59,215 nucleotides of DNA from an uncultured Planctomycetaceae bacterium (GCA_964449175.1 CAYUYH010000001.1:1-59215); one strand, 5' to 3'. Counted from the first letter of the stretch, positions 19,687 to 30,700 are shown. The notes: generated from the sequence alone by a model not told the origin. A program made the numbers and translations.

Positions 19687-20396
19687 AAAAAACTTGAATC
19701 TTCTCTTGCCAAGGGTTGGACAGGCCGCGAACGCCCCGCTAAACTCCCGTGTATCGAAGGCTCACGACAGTTGGGTCTTCGCCCTATCCGGCAACCGGCA
19801 CGTCTGATGCGTACTCGGGGCCAGCACGCCGGCGCGAACCGTTTGGGGAACGGGTATTGATGCGCCAGTGTATTTCGGCCAAGGATACTTCATAAGATAC
19901 ATCATGTAGTTGACAACCGAGCGTCTGCACAAGACTATAGTTGTGTGTTGTGGACGCCATGCGTGTTCTGAGCCACTGACGGCCTGAACGGAATCCGGCA
20001 CGAGCGACGTGGGTGTATGGCATGAGGCCAACACAGCCGCAATTCAGTGAGCTGACAGGCTGCATGTTGACAAGGGGACTTGGCCCGCGGTTGGCTCCGC
20101 GGGCCGAGCCCGGCATCACCTCCCCCGCCCTCCTGGATGTATTCCAGCCCGGTTTGTCACGAAATGCCTTATCGCTCGCTATTGGATGTCCCCGGTTTGC
20201 GCTCGCGACGTGGATGCACATCGGAATCCAAGCAACAGCAGCGCTTCTCGCCGTAGTGCGAGACCTTCTCTGTAGCAGTCGGCCAGGACGCCGCGCATCG
20301 GGACGGCGGCGTTCGTGCCGACGTAGGCAAGCCTGAGCGCACGGACGATCTCAGGTACTGACAGACGGCAGGTCGCGATACGAGGAGTGGCTAACG

Positions 20397-21530
20397 ATGG
20401 CGCCAGAGAACGGGAATGGATTCGAGATTCTCAGCCATGCACCGACACGCATCAGTTTCGCCGGCGGGGGGACGGACATATCCCCCTACCCCGAGATGTA
20501 CGGCGGGCTCGCACTGAATGCCACGATCTCGATCTACATGATCGCCCGGCTGCGACCCCGCAAGGACTCCAAGGTGATCATCCACGCCAACACCCGTCCT
20601 AAGCCCATGGTGTATCCAAACGTACATGACCTCCGCCCGGACGGGCACCTGGATTTCATCAAGATCATTGTAAACAGGATGTGCCCCTTGGGCAGCGGGC
20701 TGGAGATTTACATCTATTCCAGCCTGCCCCTGCAGAGTGGGCTGGGCGGCTCGGCCTCGATGTGCGTCGCCATGCTGAACGCCTTCAGACACCTGACATG
20801 CTGCGAAGACCTTGACAACCGCGCCCTTGCCGAGCTGGCCTACGAAATCGAGACCGAGGGACTGGGCAATCCCTCCGGCCGGCAAGACCAGTATGCCGCG
20901 TCCGTCGGCGGACTGAACCTGTTCGAGTTCAACGGCGGCAAGAACGTCAAGGTCACGCCCGTGGACGTGTCCAGTGCCGGCTGCCGCATGCTGAATCACG
21001 CGCTGGTGCTGTTTCGGGTCGGCGGGCGCAGCCCGTCCGGACGAATCGTCCGAGACCACGTCGCCGGGATGCGGGCGGGGGGCGCACAGCTCGATGCACT
21101 GCACGAGACCAAGAGGCGCGTCCCGGAGATGCTCGACGCCATCCGTGCCATGGACATCGGCGAGATCGGCAGGCTCCTGGATGGTCTGTGGCAGGAGAAG
21201 AAGCGCTTCAGCCGCTTCATCTCCAACGACTACATCGACATGCTCTACTCGCGCCTCCAGGACGCGGGCATGCTCGGCGGCAAGATCACCGGCGCCGGCG
21301 GCGGCGGCCACTTGCTGGCCTGCTGCGACATGGAGCGACGCGATCAGGTGATCGCCGCCGGCGAGCGGCTCGGACTGCGGGCCATCCCCTTCTCCTTTGT
21401 CCACGAGAGCGTGCTGAGCTGGGAGTCGCAGGTCCGGACCGTGGAGGATTTGACTCTGGGTACGTTTGTCTCGGACGGCGAAGCAGACAGCGAGGTGGAG
21501 ATCGCCACAGCCGTCACCGAAACGACCTGA
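20397..21530 (+). CDS. GHMP-family sugar kinase (HddA / fucokinase-like)
   Basis: APTRISFAGGGTDISPY, PLQSGLGGSASMCVAML (GHMP motif II), GRQDQYAASVGG. Confidence 0.75.
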   Translation: MAPENGNGFEILSHAPTRISFAGGGTDISPYPEMYGGLALNATISIYMIARLRPRKDSKVIIHANTRPKPMVYPNVHDLRPDGHLDFIKIIVNRMCPLGSGLEIYIYSSLPLQSGLGGSASMCVAMLNAFRHLTCCEDLDNRALAELAYEIETEGLGNPSGRQDQYAASVGGLNLFEFNGGKNVKVTPVDVSSAGCRMLNHALVLFRVGGRSPSGRIVRDHVAGMRAGGAQLDALHETKRRVPEMLDAIRAMDIGEIGRLLDGLWQEKKRFSRFISNDYIDMLYSRLQDAGMLGGKITGAGGGGHLLACCDMERRDQVIAAGERLGLRAIPFSFVHESVLSWESQVRTVEDLTLGTFVSDGEADSEVEIATAVTETT

Positions 21531-21639
21531 CGCATCGGCGCGGGGATCGGCGGTGTGGGCGGTGCTTCGCCGCGCCGGTTTCTGGCCAATCGCGTGAGGC
21601 CGGCTGACATTGGCTTGTCCGGAGGTCGCAGGGATCGAG

Positions 21640-22788
21640 ATGATCGCTGCAAACGTAAGAACTCTCGCCGCCAGGATGACGGGCGGGCAACGGCACGTCT
21701 GGGAGTTGCTGCGCCGTTTCGGCCCGCAGGTGGCCAGGCTGGCGCCTCGCGGCCGGTTCGACGGCGTCAGGGGACACCTGTGGGAGCAGATCGCCCTCCC
21801 CTCGCAGGTGCGAGGCAGGCTGCTGTGGAGTCCGGCCAACACCGGGCCCCTGGCCGTCCGCAGGCAGGTGCTCACCGTGCACGACCTGGCCGCCCTGGAC
21901 CACCCCGAGTGGTTCACGGCGAAGTTCGCCGGGTGGTACCGCCGGCTCATGCCTCCGCTGGCCAGGAGGGTCTCTCACATCATCGCCGTCTCGGAGTTCA
22001 CCAAGCGGCGGCTCGTGGAGACCACGGGCGTCGAGGCGGAGAAGGTCTCGGTCGTGCCCAACGGCGTCGACGGCGACTTCAGGCCCAGATCACTGGACCA
22101 GGTTCGGGCCACGCGACGGGCCCTGGGGATTCCCCCCGGCCGATACCTGCTGTCGGTCGGCTCGCAGGAGCCTCGCAAGAACATCGCCCGGCTGCTGCGG
22201 GCGTGGGAGCTCGTGCAGGACTCCCTGGACGATGGTCTGTGGCTGGTTGTCGCCGGCGGGCCGGGCACGAGGCTTGCGTTCCGCGAGGCCTCCTTCACAT
22301 CCGTCCCGTCGCGCGTGCATCTGACCGGATACGTGTCGGACGGGCAGCTGCCGGCCTTGTACAGCGGGGCGATGGCCATCGCGTTCCCGTCGATGTATGA
22401 AGGCTTCGGCCTGCCGGTGCTGGAGGCGATGGCATGCGGCACGCCGGCGATCGTCGCCGACAACACCGCCCTGCCCGAGACCACCGGCGACGCAGCCGTC
22501 ATGGTGGACCCGCTCAGCGTGGACTCCATCGCCGAGGGCGTCGGCAGGATCGCGGCCGACGACACTTTGCGCGACGAACTGGCGCGCCGGAGCCTGGCGC
22601 GGGCGAGGCAGTTCACCTGGGATCGCGCCGCGGACGCGACCTGGGCGCTGCTCGAGCGCGTCGACAGCCAGACGGAGTGGATGGCGCACTCCAGGACGAG
22701 AACGCCGCGGACGTGCCACGCAGTCGCAGCCGATCGGTCCAATCGGCAGCTCGCTCGCGCCGCCGCGGAAAGGAGAGCGGGGCATTGA
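21640..22788 (+). CDS. Glycosyltransferase family 4 (mannosyltransferase-like)
   Basis: VHDLAALDHPEWF and EGFGLPVLEAMACGTPAIVADNTALPETTGDAAVMVDP. Confidence 0.8.
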   Translation: MIAANVRTLAARMTGGQRHVWELLRRFGPQVARLAPRGRFDGVRGHLWEQIALPSQVRGRLLWSPANTGPLAVRRQVLTVHDLAALDHPEWFTAKFAGWYRRLMPPLARRVSHIIAVSEFTKRRLVETTGVEAEKVSVVPNGVDGDFRPRSLDQVRATRRALGIPPGRYLLSVGSQEPRKNIARLLRAWELVQDSLDDGLWLVVAGGPGTRLAFREASFTSVPSRVHLTGYVSDGQLPALYSGAMAIAFPSMYEGFGLPVLEAMACGTPAIVADNTALPETTGDAAVMVDPLSVDSIAEGVGRIAADDTLRDELARRSLARARQFTWDRAADATWALLERVDSQTEWMAHSRTRTPRTCHAVAADRSNRQLARAAAERRAGH

Positions 22789-23594
22789 GGTCGCTGCTGC
22801 TATTCCTCCAGCGACTGTGCACGCACCGGGGCATCATATGGTCGATGGCCCGCAGGGAGATCCAGCTCCGCTATGCCGGCACGATCGCGGGGCTGATCTG
22901 GTCGGTCATCCACCCGCTGATGCTCATATTGACGTACTGGCTGGTGTTCTCCAAGGGGCTGAAGATCAGGCCGGCGGCGGACGTGCCGTTCATCGCGTTC
23001 TTCCTGTCGGGCCTGATTCCCTGGACGGCCTTCGCCGAGACCACCTCAGCCAGCACCAACGCCATCACCTCCAGCCCGCACCTGGTCAAGCGGATACTGT
23101 TCCCCACCGAAATCCTCCCGGTGGTCCACTTCACGGCCAGCCTGGTCAATCACGCCGTCATGCTGGTGGTGCTTGTCGTCGTGCTGATCTTCTACGGCAT
23201 GTGGCCGTCGCTGTACGCCCTCCAGTTCCTGTACTTCGCCGCCGGGCTATCGGTGTTCTGCGTGGGGCTGGGGTGGATCGTCTCGGCGCTGAACGTGTTC
23301 TATCGCGACGTCGGACAGATCATCCTGGTCGTGCTGAACATGTGGTTCTGGCTGACGCCGATAGTCTGGCCGCCGGAGAACATGCAGTCGTTCAACCCCA
23401 CGGTCGCGTTCTGCCTGAAGCTCAACCCGATGTACTACGTCGTGCAGGGGTACCGGGCGAGCTTCATCTACCGGACGGGCCTGTGGGAACACTGGCGGCT
23501 GGGGGCGTATTTCTGGGCCGTGAGCCTGGCCGTGTTCGCGCTGGGCGGCGTGCTGTTCCGCAAACTTAAGCCCGATTTCCCGGACGTGTTATGA
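22785..23594 (+). CDS. wzm: ABC-2 type polysaccharide export permease (Wzm)
   Basis: 269 aa with 6 TM segments. N-terminal ...REIQLRYAGTIAGLIWSVIHPL motif. TTG start overlaps the upstream stop (TTGA), with AGGAG 9 nt upstream. Confidence 0.8.
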   Translation: MRSLLLFLQRLCTHRGIIWSMARREIQLRYAGTIAGLIWSVIHPLMLILTYWLVFSKGLKIRPAADVPFIAFFLSGLIPWTAFAETTSASTNAITSSPHLVKRILFPTEILPVVHFTASLVNHAVMLVVLVVVLIFYGMWPSLYALQFLYFAAGLSVFCVGLGWIVSALNVFYRDVGQIILVVLNMWFWLTPIVWPPENMQSFNPTVAFCLKLNPMYYVVQGYRASFIYRTGLWEHWRLGAYFWAVSLAVFALGGVLFRKLKPDFPDVL

Positions 23595-23804
23595 CACCGG
23601 AGCGACACATGGCCCGCGAGGACGGAGCGGCCGACCCGCGGCGGCGGGCGGGCACGGAGGCCTTGACAGGCGACCGCCCCGGTTGGATAAGACTGTCGGC
23701 GGGCATCTCGCCGCCCTGCTGGCGGGTGGCGACTCTATCCCCGCGGCGTGTGCGTGTCGGATTCGACCTTGGCCAAGGACAGGAAACGGGAGGGAGGCGA
23801 ACGG

Positions 23805-25502
23805 ATGAGTGATTCGCACGTGACGGACGACTCTCGGCTGCCGCACCAACCTCAGCAGAAAGGTCGCACTATGCGTCTCGGCCGCGTGGCGGTTGTGCCG
23901 GTAATGGCGCTCATCGTGATGGCTGCGTTCCTGCCGGTTGTCCAGGGAAACTATGTCTATCACGACGACTACTATGACTTCTCCGTGGGCAAATCCGTGG
24001 AGACGCATCCGCAGTACAAGGCATACACCGAGAACTATGGCCGACCTCTGGGGATTCGCATCAAGTACTGGTACGCCCGGTCCATGGAGATAGCCCGCGA
24101 TGCCAACTTGGCCCGCGGCGTCACCCTCTGCGCGATCGCCCTGCTGGGGCTGATGCTCTACGGCAGCGTTCGGCCTTACGTCGCCGGCATGGCGGAGGGG
24201 TTGCTCCTGGTGGCGATGGTCATCACCCTGCCGCCGTTCCAGACCCCCGCGGCCATGCTCGCCAACGCCACGCACATATACGCGGCGCTACTGGGTGGCC
24301 TGGCCGGGCTGGTCATGCTCGGCGTGCTCAGGGATCGCCTGTGGATACTCTGGCGGATACTGGGGGCGATTGCCGCCGCCGTGATGATGTACTACGGCCT
24401 GCAGATATACCAGCCGGCCGTGTTCTTCTACCTGCCGGTGGTGTGTTTCTTCCTGCTCTATAGGGAGTTCAACACTCTGCGGTCGCTCATCTGGCGGTTC
24501 GCTCTGGCCGTCGCGCCGCTTCTGGTCGCCTCGGCTGCGTACTTCGTCTACCTCCAGACGCTGCCCACCGAGCGCGCCAAGCCCGCCGGGGACATCGTCG
24601 GAAAACTCGCGTGGTTCTGGCAGACCGTGCTTCCGACCGTGTTCTCCTTCTGGTCGCTCCACACGACAAGGCTGTGGATGAAGGTCTTCGGCGTATTGCT
24701 GGCGGTGCTGGCGGCGTTGCGGATCATCTCCGTGTGGCGGGCATTGCGGCGCAAGGAGGTTGACCAAGCGAGCGCAGGTAGAGTACTGCTGATCGATCTC
24801 GTGAGGGTTGTCGGCATCGCCGCGCTTGGCATCCTGAGCTACCTGCCCAACCTGGCTGCCCACGAGCAAGCCCTCTACTATCGCACCCTTATTGCCGTTC
24901 AGCCGTTCGCGTTGCTGGTGTTCTACGCCGCAGCCAGGGCCGTGATTCGCCGCATCGGGGCCTTGCTGGGCCCTGCCGATCACGGCATCTTCGCCAGGGG
25001 CCTAAACTTCACAGCCACCGCTGTGCTACTGCTGGCGGCGTGCCTGGCAGCGGGCATTGGCGTCTTCACCGCTCACTACAATATCATGAACTACTACGTC
25101 GTCCCACAGACGATCGAGCTGGGTTACCTCAGGCAGCAGTTCTCGCAGCTCGACCCGACCCGTCGTCACCACGTCCACATCGTCAGGCCGAAGATCCCTT
25201 ATCTAGTCTGGCGGAATTGGGAGGATGAATACGGGGTGCCCAGCACACTGTTCCCACAGGATATTGGACACATAGTTGCTGCCCTCAACAGGGAATTCAG
25301 CATGTCCCTGCCCATAGACACAGTGACAAATGGGCCAAGCGCGACGGAGTGCGACTTCTCTCCTGAGAATCCTTCCGTCAGGACGAGCCTTCCGGTTCCC
25401 AAGGACGCCGTGATTATCGATATGAACGGGATAGGGCTGCTATTGGATCCGGTCCAGGCACCACGCTGGAAGAAGCGTAATGTTACGGTCCATTTCGAAT
25501 AA
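23805..25502 (+). CDS. Polytopic membrane protein, possible GT-C glycosyltransferase
   Basis: At least 10 hydrophobic segments. First loop NYVYHDDYYDF (acidic/aromatic). Soluble C-terminal roughly 150 aa. Start is uncertain (23748/23805/23871). Confidence 0.35.
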   Translation: MSDSHVTDDSRLPHQPQQKGRTMRLGRVAVVPVMALIVMAAFLPVVQGNYVYHDDYYDFSVGKSVETHPQYKAYTENYGRPLGIRIKYWYARSMEIARDANLARGVTLCAIALLGLMLYGSVRPYVAGMAEGLLLVAMVITLPPFQTPAAMLANATHIYAALLGGLAGLVMLGVLRDRLWILWRILGAIAAAVMMYYGLQIYQPAVFFYLPVVCFFLLYREFNTLRSLIWRFALAVAPLLVASAAYFVYLQTLPTERAKPAGDIVGKLAWFWQTVLPTVFSFWSLHTTRLWMKVFGVLLAVLAALRIISVWRALRRKEVDQASAGRVLLIDLVRVVGIAALGILSYLPNLAAHEQALYYRTLIAVQPFALLVFYAAARAVIRRIGALLGPADHGIFARGLNFTATAVLLLAACLAAGIGVFTAHYNIMNYYVVPQTIELGYLRQQFSQLDPTRRHHVHIVRPKIPYLVWRNWEDEYGVPSTLFPQDIGHIVAALNREFSMSLPIDTVTNGPSATECDFSPENPSVRTSLPVPKDAVIIDMNGIGLLLDPVQAPRWKKRNVTVHFE

Positions 25503-26283
25503 GGAGAGCGAGCTGCTGAGCCCCTTCCCGCACGTCATCCGCGACGGCGTGGAGGTTTCATTCATCTACAACTACTACCGCAAGGAAAGCACGATATTCC
25601 AGTCGCTGGAGAGCATCCAGAACCAGTCGCCCTCCATGTGCGGCCGGGACCAGATCGAGATCATCGTGGTCGACGACGGCACGGAGATCGAGCACGTCCG
25701 CGACGTCCGCGAGATGCTCCCCCCCGAGGTCATCTACCTCTGGCAGCGGAAGTGCAAGTACGGCATCTGCCGCGCGAAGAACACCGGCGCGAAGATGGCC
25801 AACGGGCGGGTCCTGGTGTTCATCGACCCGGACATCGTGATCTGCGAGGACTTCACCGACGCCCTGCTGCGGGCGGTCCACTGCTACGGCGAGCGCGTGC
25901 TGCAATCGTCCTACATCGAGGGCTACTACTTCGAGGGCAGCCCCGACCCGCGCGCCGAGTTCGGCGTCTGGGAAATACCGAACCGCGTCACCAGCCGGTT
26001 CAGCCAACTGGCCTCCACCTGCTTCGGCATCTCGCGGAGGCTGTTCATGGAGTCCGGCGGCTTCGACGAGGACATCATCCACGGCGGCGTGGAGGACCTC
26101 GCCTTCGGCTATCACGTCGGCACGCTGCCGGAGACGGGCATCGTCTTCAACACGGAGATGCAGGTCAAGCACATCCCACATCCGCCCGGGACGGCCCACG
26201 CCGACCCGCAGGCCAGCTGGCAGGTCGTCAAGCTGAAGTGCCCTGAGTTCTACGATCAGTACATCGCCAGAGGGCTGAGATGA
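25480..26283 (+). CDS. Glycosyltransferase family 2 (GT-A)
   Basis: VSFIYNYYRKESTIFQSLESIQNQS...IIVVDDGT...FIDPDI (DxD-type). Confidence 0.75.
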   Translation: MLRSISNKESELLSPFPHVIRDGVEVSFIYNYYRKESTIFQSLESIQNQSPSMCGRDQIEIIVVDDGTEIEHVRDVREMLPPEVIYLWQRKCKYGICRAKNTGAKMANGRVLVFIDPDIVICEDFTDALLRAVHCYGERVLQSSYIEGYYFEGSPDPRAEFGVWEIPNRVTSRFSQLASTCFGISRRLFMESGGFDEDIIHGGVEDLAFGYHVGTLPETGIVFNTEMQVKHIPHPPGTAHADPQASWQVVKLKCPEFYDQYIARGLR

Positions 26284-27725
26284 GCGACAGCTTCAAGAAG
26301 GTCTCGGTTATGATCCCCTCCAGGGGGCGAATCGCCTACCTGGAGCAGATGCTGGAGTCGTTCGACAAGACCGTCGGCGACAAGGATCAGGCCGAGATCG
26401 TCTTCCGCGCCGACCAGGACGACCCGGAGACGATTCAATTCCTGTGCAACACGCCCTACAAGACGATCGTCGGCCCGCGCGAGCAGGGGTACAAGTCGCT
26501 GCCCGGCTTCTACAACGACATGGTCAAGATCGCCACCGGCGACCTGCTGATGTGCTGCAACGACGACGCCGTGTTCGTGACGCCGAACTGGCCTCGGAAG
26601 CTCATCGACATCGCCAACAAGTATCCCGACGGCATCTTCAACATCGGAGTGCAGGTAAGCGTCAACGACCAGTTCTTCCCCTTCAGCATCGTCTCGCGGA
26701 AGCTGGTCGACATCCTGGGCATCATCAACGACACGCGCCTGCTGTTCTCAGACCTGTTCCTGCTCGACATCGCAAACTACTTCGACCGGGCCATACGCGC
26801 CCCGGAGGTCGTGATCACGCACTATTGGGCTGGCAGCGTGCCGGACCAGACGCGGATCGACGCGAACAAGCACGAGTTCGACATGGTCTTCAAGGACACG
26901 ACCGGCGCCTGGACGGACGAGTATCAGGCCAAGCACAACAAGGTCGTGGCCGAGGCCGTCATGAAGATCCGCCGGTCCGGCGACATCATGCCCGATATCG
27001 CCATGAACACGTTGGCGGCCTGGGAACCTCCCGACGACGTGGGCGCCGACAGCATCTGGCCGCCGAAGGTGCGGTGCCGGAACTGGTACTACGCCAAGCC
27101 CCCGCACGCGATCCACTACCCGCGGATCGGCATCCGCCGGCTCATAGGGATGATGTACGAGTTCGGCCTGGATGGGGGAGAGATACTCCTGTCCTGCTTC
27201 CACAACGGGCTGCCGAACACCTTGTGGGAGGGTGTGTTCGACAAGGTCGTCTCGATCGACCACCAGAGTGAGCGCCAAGAGACCATCCGAGACGGCAAGC
27301 AGGTCATCTTCCGCGGGCCCGTCGGGAATGCTCGGCTTCTCTTCAGCGTTGCCGAGGAGCTGGCGGACCTGCGGGCGATCGTGCTCGACGACACGAAGTA
27401 TAACAACATCATCTCGACATACTTTGTGTTCAAGAAGCTCATCGCCCCGCCGGGGCTGATCGTGTTCACCAACGCCGGCAACACAAACCCAGCCCACGCC
27501 GGCGTGCATAAGTTCATCAGCGACCTGTCCCGCGGCGCGCTGGACGGCATGAGGCATGAGATCGTCATGCTGGACGCCGACGACATCGCAAGCCCGGGCC
27601 TGGCCTACGAGTTGATAGGCGACCCGGCCGAATACAGGCCGTCCCAGGCCGGCATCGAGGAGGCCGTCCTGCGGACCGTCGCATGCAAATCCGCCCGAGC
27701 CGTACCACTGGAGCACGAGGTCTGA
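26280..27725 (+). CDS. GT-A-like glycosyltransferase domain (paralog of 47502..48215) fused to an uncharacterised C-terminal alpha/beta domain
   Basis: VSVMIPSRGRIAYLEQMLESF...LLMCCNDDAVF...PDGIFNIG aligns by eye with 47502..48215. The C-terminal roughly 230 aa have no motif I recognise. Confidence 0.5.
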   Translation: MSDSFKKVSVMIPSRGRIAYLEQMLESFDKTVGDKDQAEIVFRADQDDPETIQFLCNTPYKTIVGPREQGYKSLPGFYNDMVKIATGDLLMCCNDDAVFVTPNWPRKLIDIANKYPDGIFNIGVQVSVNDQFFPFSIVSRKLVDILGIINDTRLLFSDLFLLDIANYFDRAIRAPEVVITHYWAGSVPDQTRIDANKHEFDMVFKDTTGAWTDEYQAKHNKVVAEAVMKIRRSGDIMPDIAMNTLAAWEPPDDVGADSIWPPKVRCRNWYYAKPPHAIHYPRIGIRRLIGMMYEFGLDGGEILLSCFHNGLPNTLWEGVFDKVVSIDHQSERQETIRDGKQVIFRGPVGNARLLFSVAEELADLRAIVLDDTKYNNIISTYFVFKKLIAPPGLIVFTNAGNTNPAHAGVHKFISDLSRGALDGMRHEIVMLDADDIASPGLAYELIGDPAEYRPSQAGIEEAVLRTVACKSARAVPLEHEV

Positions 27726-30700
27726 TGGAATACATAAGGAACAACGAGGGCGCCCGTCCGCTGGTCAGCATCATCCTGCTGGACTGGGGCGTCCGCGAGA
27801 GCTTCCACGCGGTCCACTACCTGAACCACCAGGCCTTCCCACGCGACAGATACGAGATCATCTGGGTCGAGTTCTACGATCACAAGCCCGAGGCGCTGGC
27901 CAGGGCGCAGCAGCGGGCAAGCGACGACCGCGACTTCCGCCTCGACAAGTGGATCATCCTCGGATACCCCGAAAGCGTCTACTATCACAAGCATCTGATG
28001 TACAACATCGGTTTCATCGCGGCAGCCGGCGAAATCTGCGCGATCTGCGACTCCGACGCCATTTATCCGCCCACCTTCATCCGTAGCCTCCACAACGCCA
28101 TGAAGATCAGCAAGGACCTGGTGGTGCACGTCGACCAGGTCCGCAGCGAGAACCGCAAGTTCTACCCGTTCAACTACCCGCGGACAGACGATATCCTCCA
28201 GGCCGAGAGCCTGGTCAACTGGACGGGCTCGACCACGACCGGGCTGGCCAACTCCGCCGACTTCGTCCACGACGTCAACTACGGCGCCTGCATGTGCGCC
28301 AGGCGGAGGGATATCATCGGCGTCGGCGGCGCCGACGAACACATCGAGTATCTGGGCTACATATGCGGGCCATACGACCTGACGTGGCGACTCGTCAATG
28401 CCGGCAAGCACGAGCAGTGGCTGACGCACGAGTTCACCTACCACACCTGGCATCCCGGACAGGCCGGGCACCGCAACTTCGGCGGCCCGCACGACGGGCG
28501 GAACGTCTCCAGCCGGGCCCTGGAGGCCAGGGACACCGGCCGAGTCATGCCATTCGTGGAGGATCCGGCCATACTCCAGCTCCGCCAAGGCACGACCAAG
28601 TCGGCCGACGAGCTGCTGGACGAGCTGATGCGGATCGACCGCAGCCAGTGGGCCAATCCCGAGCAGTTCCTCACCGTGCAGGCCCCCGTGCAACTGGTGA
28701 AGTCGAACTACCGCGGGCACAACATCGTCTTCTACAAGGATGAATACTACGGCATGCCCCATGACTGGGGCGAATTCAGCCGCCCCCGGGCCGAAGGCGG
28801 GGATTACGATGAGGTCGCCGGCGATTCGGTCGAGAAGGTCAAACGCCTGATAGACGAGCGAGTGGGCGAAGCTGAGCCGGCCGAAGCCGGCGTGTACGCC
28901 AGCGCCTCGCAGCATGACCATGGCGCCGCCGACTGCGACGAGATGCCGAAGGAGCCAACCCCGCCACTTGCGCAGGCCGAGGTAGAAACGCAGGTTCTCC
29001 AGCCGGTGGCACAGCTGCTATCGAGTGAACAGGCCTTCGCCGACGCCGACGGCGAGATTCCAGACCCGGCCAAGATCGCGCCGATCCTCGTCCGCGAGGG
29101 CTGCCGCGGCCTGAACATTGTCCGTCACGACGGCGAGTACTACGCCGTCAGCCAGGACGGCGGCGCGTTCGACCCGGACAGGCTGACCGCAGGCCGATAC
29201 GGCATATGCTACTGGGGCGCCTCCGAGCAGGAGGTCGTCGCCAAGGCCACGCGCGAGCCGGCCACGAGGGTCGGCCAGTGGGCGCTGCGGCCCGTACGCG
29301 GCGGGATAGCACGCAGAATCGCACGCAAGCTGCTCGACCCGCGAGGCTCGCGACGCCTGTTGCGAGAGCTCGGCCGACAGCAGGCGGTGGACACGATGCG
29401 GCAGAAGCGCTCCGTCCACCTCAGCCAACAGTTGCTGCGCGAGCGGCAGCGCCTGCACGCCCAGCTCGCCGCCAACGAGGCTCAGCGCGCCCACCTTGCG
29501 GCCGAACAGCAACGCCTGGCGACCGAGCGAGCCGCGCTCGCTAACAGGCAGGGCGAGTTCGACGCCCAACTGGCCGACCTGGCCGACAAGCACGCCCGCC
29601 TGGAGGCCCTGTCGGCCTCGGCCACGCGGACAGAGGCGGTGGATCGCCTCCGCAAGGAGCTGGCCGGCCAGGCGATGGCCGTCACGAGGGTCCGCCAGGA
29701 GGCCACCGCCCAGAAGGACCAGCTCCGCCAGGCCCTCGAGCGAATCGAGGATCAGGACCAGGCGCTGCGTCGCAGCCATCAGGAGGCCAAGGAACGCAAC
29801 GAAGTGCTGCGTCGAGCACTCAGCACGCTCAGGGAGCACGAGCAGGCGCAGAGGCGCAGCCGGCTGGAGATGGAATCCCAGGAGCAGCTCCAGCGACAGA
29901 CCGCCGACGAGCTGGCCGCCCAGGAGCAGACCCTCAAGGCCGTCCGAGAGGCCCTCTCCGCCCAGCAGCAGTCGCTCGACGAAGGCCGACGGCAGGCCGA
30001 ACAACACACCGAGGCACTGCGCCTGGCAGGTCAGGCCCGCCAGCAACAGGAGCAATTGCTCCAGGCCGCCCGCGCGGACCTGGACCAGCAGATCCAGGCA
30101 GTCACGGAGACCCGCGGCGATGTCCAGGCCCAGCGACAGCTCATCGATGAGAGCCGCCAGCAGGTCCAGCAGCACGCCGAGGACCTCCGCGTGGCGACCG
30201 AGGCCCAGCGGCAACAGGAGCAGTTGCTCCAGGCCGCCAGGGCGGACCTCGACCAGCAGACGCAGGCCATTGCGGAGACCCGCGGCCAGGTGCAGGCCCA
30301 GCGGCAGTTGATCGATGAGACGCGCCAGAACCAGGAGTACGCGCTGCGCCTGACGTCCCAGACCCAACAGGAGCACGGGCGCCTGCTCGAGGCGGTCCGT
30401 CAGGAGATCGCCCAGCAGAGGCAAGCCCTCGAGCAGACGCGCGCGGAGGTCGAGCGGCAGAGGGAATCAGTGGAGACCTTCTACCGGATGGTCGCCGAGG
30501 TGGCGTTCCACAGGGTCGCCGCCGATCTAAAGGCGCCGATCGGCGAGGGCGCCGCGGGCATCCCCCTGGGCCATCCAGAGCTGCCGGAAGAGCCGCCACC
30601 GCCGGCGGCGCCGGAACCGGCCGACGCCGCCCCGCCGCCACCGCCTGCCAAGCCGCCGCCCCCCGCCCCACAGGTCGCGCCGGAGCTGGCTTGCACGGCC

